A stretch of DNA of 52,548 nt, filler included, from Basidiobolus ranarum (lineage: Eukaryota), in NCBI GenBank assembly GCA_040143965.1. It is 3 parts of 3 records of this genome, joined end to end, with 100 filler letters (N's around TTAATTAATTAA, not from the genome) between each part and the next. Parts side by side here need not be neighbours in the genome. Positions count along the whole stretch, not along the records: positions 1 to 17,518 come from JASJQH010007178.1; 2 more parts are not named here. One strand, written 5' to 3'. The position numbers were made by a program, and so were the translations under genes. The notes below the pieces were generated by a model that searched no databases, was not told where the DNA came from, and saw only the letters and a list, made by a program, of their open reading frames with translations. Shown here piece after piece: positions 1 to 13,285 of the stretch. The stretch's first letter is position 1; each line of letters begins with the position of its first letter.

Positions 1-911
1 GGGGTATAGGTAACTGTTGTTGAAGATGGCGACGTGGCGGGAGTATGATAGAAGCGAGAATAGCGATAAAGATCATTAGCGGGTCAAAGACATAAGAGTA
101 CACCTCGTGTGAGATAAGATATCCGTTGTATCCTTGAGCGAATTCGGCAATACGATAAATGGATCGGATTAGAAGTGCAGCAATATTGACCCAGATCGGC
201 CAGTACAGGATACGCCAATGTGATGGCTTTTGAGAGGTGTCTTTGGATGTTTGAAATGTGAAGTTTGGCGAGTGCTGAACGTAGTAGGTGATGATAGTAA
301 AAACGACCAGAGAGAGCATCGCGAAACTGAGACCAATCAGCGCAATATTAGAGCCAACATCAGATAGTGATTGAATAGCCATCATACCACCACCAGAGGC
401 CTGAACCAAAAAGCCAATCACATCAACTGACACAAAAACCTTCTCAACCAAAGCCGGTTGAATATATTTCGTCCGATGATTGGAGCAGGCGATACTGTGG
501 TAGGAATGTTAATATAAATCTCACAAATGCTCTCCCCGCCAAAAGTAAGCACTTACATCTTTGCTACCGCTAAATAACTCCCCAATGCAATGACAATAGG
601 AGGAAGTAACAAAAATAATGTCGACGCAGCAAACGCGCCTATATTTCCGGTGTTCTTTGGTTGGCCAGACCATAGACGAATAGCAAACCCTACCGCTTCA
701 CCTAGCAGAAGAGAACTACGATTAATATATTACAGGTTACTTTTACCACTTTCAGCTTACCAGCAGCACCACCTGCGACTCCGTACATATACCAAGATTT
801 GTACCGGTAGGCCTGATAAGATACAATCACTGCGAAGAGAGAGAATATAACCAGCGCCAATATGGCTAGTGGTATATTGGGATCGTAATGATATAAGTTA
901 TAATGAGCCAT
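1..911 (-). CDS. RTA1-like (Rta1/Rsb1) multi-pass membrane protein, 3' end outside the window; exons ~911-761, 701-557, 494-<1
   Basis: Manual splicing at GTAAG..TAG and GTAAG..CAG introns gives YHYDPNIPLA, GEAVGFAIR, KVFVSVDVIGFLVQASGGGM and IRSIYRIAEFAQGYNGYLISHEVYSYVFD, which are RTA1 family motifs. Confidence 0.92.
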
Positions 912-2222
912 GGATAATAATTATAAGGGAACGACCTCTGTTGTGCGCTCTTTATGTAAATCCTCCAACATCAGAATAGTACTATCAAGTTATTTTTGCC
1001 AAGAATACTAGAGAGCATTAGCTATACTCCTGAATCTAATCTTTGGCCTAATGATATACGTGTAACTACGGTTTCTTGGCGCTTAAGACCATTGGATCTG
1101 CCAAGAAAGAGTCCTGAAATTTGGGAAAATATACACTTTAACCATAATATTGGGACTAGTGAGTAGTTCTTGGAGTAACCTAAATATCCCATTGCATTAT
1201 CTATTAGATTTCATTGAGGAGCAGAGCGAGTCATATTTGGAAATGTTGCACATTGACCAAAGTAAGAAATTCTGAGAATGTTTAAAACATATAACGCAGG
1301 AAGTTCTTTGACCACTATGCAATCATTAAATCTATATGTTAACGGAAATAGTGGGTGACTGGTATGCTTATAAGGCTTCAACCCGTACGCAAAATCAACC
1401 TAATTCCATCTTACAACGTCCCATTATGAGACCGGGTTAGCAGAATATTTAAACACAATAACCGGATCGGTAAAACTTTGGGTGACTTTGTGTGTAACAT
1501 GTAGGTCGGAGAATTATCAAGTCTTAGCAAAGGGCTTACTCAGATGTACTTATTACCTAACCTGCACAAATAAATCAAGCCCATAGATGGGACAATGTTT
1601 AGATAACGAATATTGACTTTCTGATTGCATATTTCTTACCAGTTGTTTTTTAATGGATTCATTCTAGCTGGAAAAATGGATTAAAACTCTGGTTTGTCAT
1701 CTGGTTAGGGACGGATTTAGAGGTACACTTAGCAGGTTGATCCATTAGTAAACCTCTGATCCTAAGGCGGTCAACCATTGTATCAGTGGTGATCAAATTC
1801 AGACAGTCGGTATATATTACGTAATGTTAAGTAGCTCAATCAAAATCGTAGGTTGCAATATGCATTTTATTAGTATACTCAGACACCCTCCAGCCTCTCT
1901 ACCTACTCTTTGAACTTTGCTAATTTGTGGATAATTCAATTCAAATATATGTCATTTGATATAGAAATAAAATACTGTTAACGCAGAATGGTTACCTAAT
2001 TTAATGGAGTATGCCATGATGGAAGAGAAGATAAACTTCAATTACAAGATTTAACTTTACCTCTAATTATTCTACCGTCTTATACATCAAAACTAAGTGG
2101 CTTCAATATGGAGTATGGGTGTATATATCTATGTACTGTCTGAAAATAGGGTTGAACCCAGGCAAAACCAACCCTCAATAATGTGCCATCAAGTGTACTA
2201 CAATTTTTCTATAGCTAAAAAA

Positions 2223-2553
2223 TGTTGAAGTTAGCGTGGCCTAAGCACCTATATAGGCATATATAGCTTAGTATTTAGTTATTCCATATTAAACTAAGAT
2301 ATTGCTCACTATTTTGATGAGGAACTCACTTTGAAGTTCTCAGAAATATAGATTCTTCAAACTTGTGCTAGAAGCCCCAAACTTTGCGCACATGTTCCTG
2401 GGACCTTCCTTTACATATTATACACATTTATTTGCTTACCTCTGGACAAAACTAGAAATGCTAGCTTTCTACTCAAAAAATCAATAAGTGAAAACCACCA
2501 ATTCCTCTAGTTCTCCAAACCACTTCCAACAAAACTCCCAAAATACTTCTACA
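2223..2553 (+). mobile_element. Solo LTR (family A, copia-like), diverged copy
   Basis: Starts TGTTGAAG, ends TTCTACA, flanked by AAAAA on both sides. Homologous along its length to 9887-10234. Strand is relative to that copy. Confidence 0.8.
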
Positions 2554-2839
2554 AAAAAACCTCAATTTTCTGATAGTTGTGAGATTTGAATTTGTCGCAC
2601 GGTGAACTTTCTGAATGTATATATGTGAAAATTTAGCACCCTGATTGTTTTGGTATCAACATCTTTGTACACATAACTAATTCCAACATCAAAGATAAAG
2701 TAAATAAAAAGCAAATAATTGTTAGTCAAGCATTGCTTAGATTAATGTCAAAGCATACTGTGGAAAATATGCAAACTAGAACTGACCAATTCACCACCCT
2801 CAAAATTGATCCTAAGATTGCACATTTTAGTCACGTAGA

Positions 2840-3187
2840 TGTTAAGGTATTTGGGAGCTTGTTGGAAGTGGTTTGGAGAATTAGAGAAATTAATGGTTTT
2901 CACTTGTTGATTAATTGAGTATTCAGCTGACATTTATAGTTTTGTCAAGATGTAAACAAACTAACGTGTAGAATGTGTTAAGGAAGGTCCTAGGAAAATG
3001 TGTGCAAAGTTTGGGGCTTCTAGCACAAGTTTGAAAAATCTATGTACCTGAGAACTTCTAAGTGGGTAAAAATATTCCAAGTAAATTCCTTATGAGAATA
3101 ATGGATAATATCTTAGTGAATTATAAGATAACTAAGTACTAAGCTATATATGACTTTATAGGTGTTTAGGCAATGCTAATTTCAACA
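2840..3187 (-). mobile_element. Solo LTR (family A), 348 bp, with GTAGA target-site duplication
   Basis: TGTTAAGG...TTTCAACA. GTAGA at 2835-2839 and 3188-3192. Reverse-complement homolog of 9887-10234. Confidence 0.9.
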
Positions 3188-6100
3188 GTAGATGCTCTCA
3201 ACAGAAGTTGATCGTTTCCTGATATTTCTTTCTCAATTTGGCCTTCATTTATTCAAGTAGATTATAAAGATTTCTCCAACATATGCTAACTCCAAACTGT
3301 GATCTGAACTTTCATGCACGTAAGAGGAGTACGTGCATATTGCCACATCTAGATAGCCTCTAAGTGAAATGGTTACAGAAACATTCCTACCAAACCATTT
3401 GTAAATGGCAAAAAAATGAATATGAGAAAAGACCAAATTATCAAACCTCCCAAAACATCTCAAACACCTTTCTCAACTTCCTTTGTGCTGTGGGATATAG
3501 TGATGTTACTTTTCTTTATGTCAAACTGAAGTATATATCCTAATTTTAAATTCAATATAGAGGAGGACAAAGCATATGTTACATCTAATAATTCTGCATA
3601 CTTCCAAGTCATTCCTAATAAAACACATTCCGCACACCAATTCTATCTAAAACTGTTACTGAATTTGGCTTGACACCTGAACTACCAAATCTTGGTAAAA
3701 TCCAACTAGAGTGCAGAATATCTTACAGATTCAACTACTCTCATTATCTTAACTACCCTCCATTTGTGGGGTCCCTTTCACTTGACGAAGAAGATTCGTC
3801 TCACCCGATACATCCAGCTCTCATCTTCCTGGATATGGACTAGAGACTACTTGGCGGATTAAATACGAATCAATTAAAATAAAGAGTGAAATTCAGTGCC
3901 CATCTTTTGGTTCCAAGGAGAGTGAAAACTTTCCAAAAAAAATAGTAACTACTCTCTTACAACTATACATGTCACACTTTCAGTTGATAAAGACAAACTA
4001 CCTGCGCATAACGTAATTTTATACTTACATGTGTATGGAGTTCAGATAATCCATTCAAAGTGCAACTCTGAGATGATGAGCGATTAGGCATCCAATCACA
4101 CCAAAAGGTGATATTCCGAAGCTCAGTATTCCCCTCAAACCTGATAACTCAATCTATATTCGACGTGAAAGCGTATACAACCGTGCCAACCCATCGAATA
4201 GTTGAGCATAATCGATGTCGAGCATTAAATGGAAGAGATAGTGGAAGAGACAGGACAGAATCAGTATTATTAGATATAGATAAATGCTGTACTAAATATA
4301 GAGATCATTGTATTAATAACTATCTCATGTACTCGGAATGAAATATCCCTACCAAAAATGGGAATATAGTCTTGAATTTTTAGATTTCTTAGCTAGCGTA
4401 TACACCTCTCCAACAGATAGCGAAGCAAAATTTCTTACATATCAGTTTCATATATCCCCCAGCTCCCCATCTAACTATCAAATTTTAATATTGTTATCCA
4501 TTTGGTAGTCAACACGAGTTTTGACAAGCGTCATTAGCCAATCGGCCTGAGTCCATGTATCCTCCGCGAAATGCCTATTTCAGCAGTACTATGGATTATA
4601 CTTTATTAATTTACGACAATACTGCAACTTGGGTTTTTTCTGTCTATCCAACAAGGACAGTAATCATGCAAAACTCTAGAGCGGAGTGGAAGTCTAAAGT
4701 ATGCCCAGAAATATTCACTATTGTTGCAAACCTAATGATTAACAAAAGCATTTTCTGCTATATACCATTAGCAGCCATCAAGTATGTGCTGACATTTAGA
4801 GGCATGCATTTTGTAAGTGATTTTATGCCTGTATAAACGTTAAGAAACAACATTCTATATTAATGAAAAGTAGCCCATGTCATTCCGAAAAATTATTGTG
4901 AATCATGCCATGCTAATAATTAATCCAGTTGAAAATATATACTTCCATGGCTGAATTATCTACCATCCTGGTAAAAATATTGGTGAAAAGAATTCAATAA
5001 ACTTGATGAACAAATAGGGTTAAGTTTAGCGAGAAACCTAAGACTGTTACCTCAAACCTGATATTTGGGATGATTAATGCTTGTGAACTGTTGAAACTAT
5101 ATAATATATATGCCAGCAAGATTCCCAGTGATGCACGAGAGGCTACTCAAGTAATATTACCGTTGCACATCACTGTATCAAGTAGATATTCCGGTTAGGA
5201 AATTCAATAACACTTTCGAATTCACATGCATGTCACTGTATAGCATAAGTAATATTAAAGAGTTTGATATTGTATTGAGTGTTAAAATAGATAATGACTT
5301 CTTGCGACATACATAAGTTTAGTTAGATCTCGTTCGACTATGTAAGCATCACTAGTATTGATTTCTTTCTACCAGGATAGACAGTTCTCCTGAAAATCTC
5401 GAATATGTTCACAAAGAATTTTGAAAACTAACCAAACAGCTAATTATTACATCAAAACTGCTGAATGAACTAAGATTAACGGCCACAATATCTGGCATGG
5501 ATTTTACACGGCACTTCTTATATGAAACAATATCAGCATGTCAGTAAACGCAAACTCACACTTGACAATACCAACAGGGCCGGGCTTGACGCTCACTTAG
5601 GTTGTGTAGTCATTCTTATTGGTATTCCAAGTCGACGAGTGCAGATAAAGGAAGTAACTCTTGAGTAGAGGTTTATGGTAATGAGTATTCATTGGAAATG
5701 GTCGGATTGTAGCATGACGAACATCTACTCTAGCTTGTGATGAGTATTACAATAGTAACTAAAGAAGATGGATAGAATTAGAATAGAGTTACACTACTTT
5801 ACTTTTGCTATGATGCTGAAGTTGGGAATTTTTGAGTGTTCACCTAAGTAGAAACTTTTAGAGTCAGTCAACCGAGGCTCGGTGGCGAGTTTTCTCTCGG
5901 AACTCCGCGAATTGAACGAGGGAGCATCCCATTAAACCATCGAGTTCCACCACAAAAAGCCATAGTCTTGGGCAATAGATTGTTATACATGTTGAAATCA
6001 ACCATTAATCTGCATATGGAATATCTAATGATTGTTGATTATTAATTCGAGTAAACCATCAGACATAAACTCAATGGAATCCATTATGCCTTGCTAAACC

Positions 6101-6599
6101 GCTCATAAACAAAATGTTAGAAAATCTCAAACTTGATTGGCATTCAGATTCCCAGTTCCGAATATACAAGACGGAAGATGTTGAGATTGCTTGTTTAGGG
6201 TCACCACAGCACTAGCTATCTTTTAAATTACACTTTGCCATGACCATAGCCAACAAACATGTGAACGAAGTGAATAGAGAAGAAATTAGGTGTCGGAATT
6301 TTATCCAATGTATCAGGACCGAATACCGCGTAAAAAGCAAGATATTCGGCAAAAATCAATTAGTAATTGGATGGGAATCGATCTCATCACCAGTAAGATT
6401 TGCCGCATAACGCGAAAGTTCGGACCTTTTTGGATATGGCAGCAGCAGTATATACACCTCAAGCAAACCTTTCTACAATCAGTTATAACGATGCCTCCAT
6501 GGCGATAACCCCAAGAATCGTTTAGTTCAGAGATAGATACGGAGGAAGACACTCTGACCTTTTCTAGAAATCACTATCTCCTCTCGGCACTTTCCTGAT

Positions 6600-7970
6600 A
6601 GATAGCACATTGCAAAATGGGTAAGTCAACCAAGATGTTGATTCCGAAAACTACCAAATATAGAGGACAAACAATTCCAACATGTGCATGATCGCACCTA
6701 CCTTACCAAATCCGATGTGTATTGGTTACGATATGAGCATTCGTTGCATTCATTTTCTGTCGGGGCAAGTGTTTTTTATCACTGGTTTTCTGATTCCATT
6801 GAACCAAAATAATCCCATCCGTATCATCCACTAGATCTCCCCCTGGTTCACCTCATGATGCTCGAAGTACACCAGAATGGTCCATTCCAGATCGGATCAG
6901 AAACCATCTCCAAATATGTGATATCAAAGGTGATTAGTAGGGCTAGATAGGATTTCTTGCCGCTACCAACAAGCGCTCCGAGATTTCCTTACTAGTGGTA
7001 TGCTCAAATTTCCAATCAATATGATGCCATAATGTGAAGCCCTAGTAGGGAATTAGTATCAGCGGGTTTCTTAGACTTTCAACGAACCTTGGGTCATCGT
7101 TCATCACATAAGATCATAGGAGTTATCGGTCACTGATTTGGTGAATGTGCCACTCTTGGTAAAGATTTCCCCAGTGGTTTTGAGGCTTAAGAGAGGATTC
7201 GTATGTGAGAATTCAAACCTTGGTTTGATTCTATTCACAAGATCATCGCTACCGATTGGTTACCACCAGATGGTTTCCAATCACTTCCAAAGAGGGGAAT
7301 TTCGCGGATTGATAGCTGGTTTCGGATGCTGATAACAGGGTTACTAGCACATGGAAATCATCTGGCTCAACTATCTACCACCGCTTGCGATATGATATGG
7401 ATACATGTAAAGCCAGCCTATTATTCACCATCAAGAATATTCTGACTATCTATCTAAACCTTGATATGTTGCACTAGCCCAATATGGTAAGTGCTATTTT
7501 CTACGAAATTTGCTATAAGTGGAGGATATACAATAGTTTCATTGGATACCAACGGAATAGACAAGTATAAAATCCCCCTACTAGTCGCATCTGATTCCCA
7601 AAATCGAATCGAAACTTCAATCCACTGCTTCCTTCACGTTACGCCGGAGTTCTTGCTGTACTTCATTCTATCCCATCAACACACCATAAGTGAAGTTATA
7701 TCTTTATGCGGTTGTCATTCCCATCGTTGAAGCGTCATTCTTCCAGCCCAGCTCCAAGTACTTCCACCGACAGTGGCACTAAGGAGATTCGTGAATCAAG
7801 AAGAGCCACATTCACCAGTGCTCATTCCGAAAAGTATCAAGGGTCCTTGCACGAACTTGAAACATTTTTGGACCCATCAAGTTTAAGCAAATGCACATTA
7901 GAGGAGAGGGTAGAATATGCCAAGATTGCCTTCTTACTAGATCAAAGTTTGGAATCCTTCTTTAAGGAAT
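6600..7970 (+). mobile_element. Possible highly degraded retroelement pol relic (DIRS- or gypsy-like)
   Basis: Broken frames contain faint RT/RNase H-like fragments (LPNIED...YLTKSDV, YFSTKFAISGGY, EIRESRRATFT). No intact catalytic motif was seen. Confidence 0.3.
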
Positions 7971-9599
7971 AATTTGCCATTGAAGTATTTCAATGCTCTC
8001 CCTCCTTTATCCTACAAGTGTTCGGAATATTTCATGTAAAAACCCCCACTAGAAGCATCACTCTGACCAGAGTAGAATAGACATAGATTTCTTGTAATTC
8101 CTGTACCACTTGATGTATATAAACCTTAACCCAGTAAATATATGAACTGATAAAGCCCTTTTCACCTTTATCTTGAAATCTAATGCAGTTATGTTTTCGA
8201 AAGTTATCAGCCGAAGGGTAGTGAATAGTGTTATATAGTATATTCCCCACTAATAATTAACATTGATGTCTATATCATATAGGAAAGGTTTTCTTGCTCT
8301 TTCAATTCAAGATGCGCTTCTTTACATCCAAGTTACAGAAACTCTGAAGTTATCAGTTGATCGTCTATGAAATCAACATTAATGTGTGGAAGGCTCATGA
8401 AAAGCACTATAGTCACATTAAATCTATGATGTATTTGATAGTTGATACTTGGATATTCGTATAATGAATTCCGTAATAATATACTAGCAAATGGAAGTAA
8501 CATATTATTAATGTTGAAGAGTGTCTTACTCTCTGCACCCAAAATAAAATTTACCAGTCATAAACACCATTGATACAGCTTGAATCCCAAATACATGGAC
8601 GAAGTTTCGATTTTTACTTCAACCTACCAGCATCAACCCGGTTAAGCTCCACAATGGGTAAACAAGAGCCATGTGGTAAGGGCAAATTACAAACTCAGCT
8701 TTATACTTAGAAGAAAGTGGAATAAATTGAAAATCACTATTGCCTATTATCTAGTATTAGTGCCAATCGAATGATTGTAATATTCTTAATTTTCAGTGAA
8801 ATTGGTATGCATAACCAACAATATTCCACTGTAAACAAAGTAGGATCTATTGTTACAGCTGCTTTTCCGGATCTATCCAAATATTGAACTGGTGATCAAA
8901 TTTGGTGTTTTGCCGGAGTTTCTTAAATATACTTTACCATTTCCAGTTGAATAATACAGCACCATGATTCATCTTTCGGTAGAATATTCTGAACAATCTC
9001 AAAGTTTCCAAAACTTTTACAAACCCTGAGGCCAACAGCTAAAAATGGTTCAAGCCCACTGATGATCATTAAGGCATTCAAAATACAATAGTATCTTGTG
9101 CAATGATAATTCAAGCATACTTATGAGTTGATTCTGAACCAGTCAGATGATGTTACATTATTATTTCATATTGATTTTAATGAAACTGACTGATATATTT
9201 GTGAAAATCAAGTTAAACTCACAAATCTTGAATTCTAATAACTGGTTTTAGTACTGTTACCAGTACCTGTTACTTATTGGATTGCTTAGAGAGAATATCG
9301 GATATACCTATTGGAAACCAAAGAAAATAAGATTTTCCATGGGTGAGCTGAAACCAAGGAAACCATATCAAGGATTTTGATAGAGTTTGAAGGCATTAAA
9401 CTGTTCAAAGTAGTGTATATCTAAATTACATGCTATAATTTTTGACTTAGGGAATGTGCTGCAAATGAGAGACTGCTATTTGAAATTTTTAGGCTCCTAC
9501 ATCACATTCCACCCCCCCGCAGATACATATACATGAGAATGCCTTTGTCTCTCTGCAGTAATGAATAACCTGCAGAGTGTATTTGTATTGAGAGAATAT

Positions 9600-9805
9600 T
9601 GTTAAAGTATTTTGGGAGCTTGTTTGAAGTGATTTGGAGGCCTAGAAGAATTGGTGGTTTTCACTGACGATTTATTGAGTAAAAAGTTGTCATTTATAGT
9701 TTTGTCACAATGTAAACAAACTAACGTGCAAAATGTGTTGAGAAAGATCCCAGGAATATGAATACATAATTTGGGGCTTATAGCACAAGTTTGAAAAATC
9801 TATAT
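9600..9805 (-). mobile_element. Truncated LTR (family A)
   Basis: Begins TGTTAAAGTATTTTGGGAG and aligns by eye with the first ~205 nt of 2840-3187. Confidence 0.8.
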
Positions 9806-9886
9806 GTGTACAGATAAATAAATCTTTGCAAACTTGTGCTAGATGCCCCTACCTCTGCACACATAAGCACAGTTTAAGCATCAATA

Positions 9887-10234
9887 TGTTGAAATTAGTA
9901 TTGCCTAAACACCTATATAGTCATCTATAGCTTAATATTTAGTTATCTTATATTTCACTAAGATATTACCCATTAATCTCAATCGGAATATACTTCGAAT
10001 ATTTTGACCAACTTTGAAGTTTTCAGATATAGAGATTTTTCAGACTTGTGTTCGAAGCCCCAAACTCTGTACATATGTTTCCGGGATCTTTTTTAACACA
10101 TAGTATGGATTAGTTTGCTTACATCTTGAAAAAACTATAAATGTCAACTTTCTACTCAATATATCAATAAGTGAAAACCACCAATATCTCTAATTCTCCA
10201 AACCACTTCCAACAAGCTCCCAAGTAGTTTAACA
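9887..10234 (+). mobile_element. Solo LTR (family A), 348 bp, with CAATA target-site duplication, nested in an older LTR copy
   Basis: TGTTGAAATTAG...TTTAACA. CAATA at 9882-9886 and 10235-10239. TATAAAT near 10136. Confidence 0.9.
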
Positions 10235-10547
10235 CAATATAGATAGATATAGCTTAGTGTTTAAATGCTTCATACTTCACTAAGATGTCACTCATTATTA
10301 TGAATTGGAATTTTGTTGCAAACTTAGAAGCTCTCAGATATATAAATTTTTGCAAACTTGTGCTAAAAGCCCTTAACTTTGCACACATGTTCCTGAGACC
10401 TTTCTTAACACATTCTACATGTTTGTTTGCTTACACTCTGACAAAGCTATAAATATCTAATTTCAACTCAATATGTCAATAAGTAAAAACCATCAATTCT
10501 TCTGGTTCTCCAAACCGCTTCCAACAAACTCCCAAAATACTTCAATA
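10235..10547 (+). mobile_element. Remainder of the older family A LTR interrupted by 9887-10234
   Basis: Homologous to the LTR from ATATAGCTTAGT to CCCAAAATACTTCAATA. Its 5' stub (TAAGCATCAATA) lies just before 9887. Confidence 0.8.
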
Positions 10548-11133
10548 GTAATAGGGATATGTTCAGAACATCTGTTGAAATTACATGAGCAGCGTTATTC
10601 ACTTGGTGCAGACATGTAGTAGCCTATACATTAGCTCTAGACGGTCCGACCTATTTCCCAATTCCACTCGAAAAGAAGGGCACAACTTGCGTATATAGAG
10701 CATCAGTGGCAATGCTATCACTTGTAAAGTGGATTTCTTATCCAACAATGAATACAACATTCCTTGGAAAAGTTGGAGACGTCATACACATTCTGCTCAA
10801 CAATTTACATTGGTATCCTATGCATCCGACAGCCATTTCAAGTGAGTCGAGGCAAGCTACAAGTAAATGGTAGTACTTTATTTCAACAAAAACAAGCATT
10901 CACACCTCTTATTGGAAGTACCAAACATAATACGGAAAAAATCAGAATTGATCTGTAAAGGACCATTAGCTCGAATTTTATGCGAGTTTAAATAGGGAAA
11001 TGTTAGTAAATATACTGAATATCAACGCAGATAAGCACAACCACTACCACCGTTAAGTGTTGAAGTATCAGACAAATCCAGTATTATGTTACAATAGACT
11101 CGGCTTTATCCAGTAATATGAGATCGATGAATA

Positions 11134-13285
11134 CTACATGAAGTCAGGATCTGATAATTCTTCGTCAAGTAGACTTCGATAGAACTGAATGACTTTAGGA
11201 TGCGCCATCACTTTTCGTCTATCAAAGTTTAGCACTTGCAACCCATCTAAGCTGGTAGCTCTGCTTAATGCTACATAGGCTTGCCCTTTTTCAAATACTT
11301 TCGACAAGTCCACCACCACCCTTTCAAGCGTCTGTCCCTGTGCTTTGTGGATTGACATAGCCCAAGCTAGAATGAGAGGTACCTGTACGAATGGCATCAG
11401 TTGTCTGCGTTAGAAGGGTGATATACTATGAGATATATATACCTGAGTTCTGCTTGCTACTTCTCCTAACCCTGGGACCTCAATTTTCCAGGTTTCCGGA
11501 GTAACGGTGATGGAACAGCTACTAAATCTGACAATGGGCATGCCATTTTCTTCATCGAATCCTACAACAACACCTAAACTTCCGTTCACCAGTTGGTGAT
11601 CTAGATTTCGTATAAGCATAACCTGAGCGTGAAGTTTAAGCTCTAATACACTGGGTGCTAGACAGTTCGTAGACAATTTCTCCACATACGGAGATTTCCC
11701 TGCATCGTTCGCCAGATACCGATGTATATCACCTGGTAGGGAGTTAAGCTTTCGTGCATTGGCCGCGTCGACCTCCCCTCTAAGTGCGTATCTGCAATGA
11801 AACAATGATCAGTAGGACGTTGTGTTATCTGTACGACAACTCCAACTTACAATCGCGTCGGCTCGATCCCATCTTTGGGAAATTGAGGGACTCTTGACAG
11901 CGATCGAAATATGACTTCTGATTCGGGAGAGAGGACACCAATTCGGAGTGAATTCAATATATCAACAAAACCTGGATTTGGTTATTTAGCATTGTATGTT
12001 TGTGTATATATACATGAATAGGGTTTTTTACTTTGTTCTCGTTGACGAAACACTTGTGTAAGATGAATTGTATTTTGAATGCAGGAAGTCCAACTTTCTC
12101 CTTCAAAGCAAAACAGACTGTCTTTACTAACGGGAGGTAACTGAAAAAAATCCCCGGTGGCTACAAGCTGTTAAGCATTAGACATCCTGAACAACTAATT
12201 CACGGCTGATATAAGATTGTACCGCACCTGTATCCCACCAAACGGTTTACTGGAAGATCTTACCCTTCGGGCGATGTATTCTAATTTGTCAAAAAACTCT
12301 CCATCCAACATTGAAACTATAGTTCAAAAGTGACTTAGGTTACAAAGAATTCGCGCTACATGGTGAAACAAACGTATTTTCAAGGGTCCTACTTTCATCA
12401 ATGATTAGAACTTTTACTCCTAACCAGCGTTGCTTTGTCTTCCTCTGCTTCATGACCATTTTGAGAAGTTGGTCGGTTTCACCAGATCCCAGTCCAACTC
12501 CTGCGAAACTGTGCAGAGTAGTTCCACCGATGTTACACGCTGCTATACCAGTGGATGCGGTAACAGCAACTTCATCTCTTCGAAACTTCTTTCGCATACG
12601 TTTAATTAACTCCTGTAAGAGCAGCGATTTACCAGTACCTAATTACGTGAAGAGCATTAATTTGCATTCTCCTCTTTTCCCAGCGTATATCCTAGAAACA
12701 AAACCTACCAGCCGAACCAGTAAAGAAAATACTTCGTTTTTGATCTACAGCTAGTGATAGTGCGCGCTTTTGTTCAGGTGAAAAGTGAACCAGTTTTGAA
12801 ACAGGTAGGGCTTCAGTTACAACCGATTTCACCTCTTCTTGTATCTCCAAGTGATTATACTTTGGTTTTTTTTCGTCAAAAGACGCACTTCTTTCCGCTT
12901 CATTCACCAATTTCTCTAACTCTGCGTCATCCCAAAATTCCGTGTCAAATTCGAATGACTTATTGTTGAACGCCTTTTCTGTTGTTACCTTATCCTGGAG
13001 ACAGGTTGCTACTGAAAGTTTATGAAAACTATGAGGGGGATTTTCGGTTTTATTGTTGTCATTTTGAGGGATTTTTCGTTTCAAAGTAGATTCACTAGGA
13101 GTTGGCTTTGAAGGTTGCGTAGCACCAAAATATTTGGAAATGTTTTGGGTATCAGATTTCACTTCGGAGACATGAGTAGAAAAGATGTCGGTTGTAGTAT
13201 GCTGTTTAAAGATTGGACGTAACGTAGACCCAGTAGGTTTAAAAGGAAGGGTTCTTTGCTTCGTCTTTTTGGGTATAGAAGTCAT
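11134..13285 (-). CDS. PIF1: Pif1-family 5'-3' DNA helicase, multi-exon
   Basis: Spliced Walker A FFTGSAGTGKS (intron 12708-12639), [83 protein letters not shown]. Confidence 0.96.

Noticed and set aside
4555-4920. Possible MULE/SWIM transposase remnant (RAEWKSKVCPEI)
   Set aside because: The resemblance is too short, with no intact SWIM motif or terminal repeats seen.
11134-13285. Pif1 as part of a Helitron
   Set aside because: No Rep/HUH domain or Helitron termini are visible. The intron-rich structure and motifs fit the cellular Pif1.
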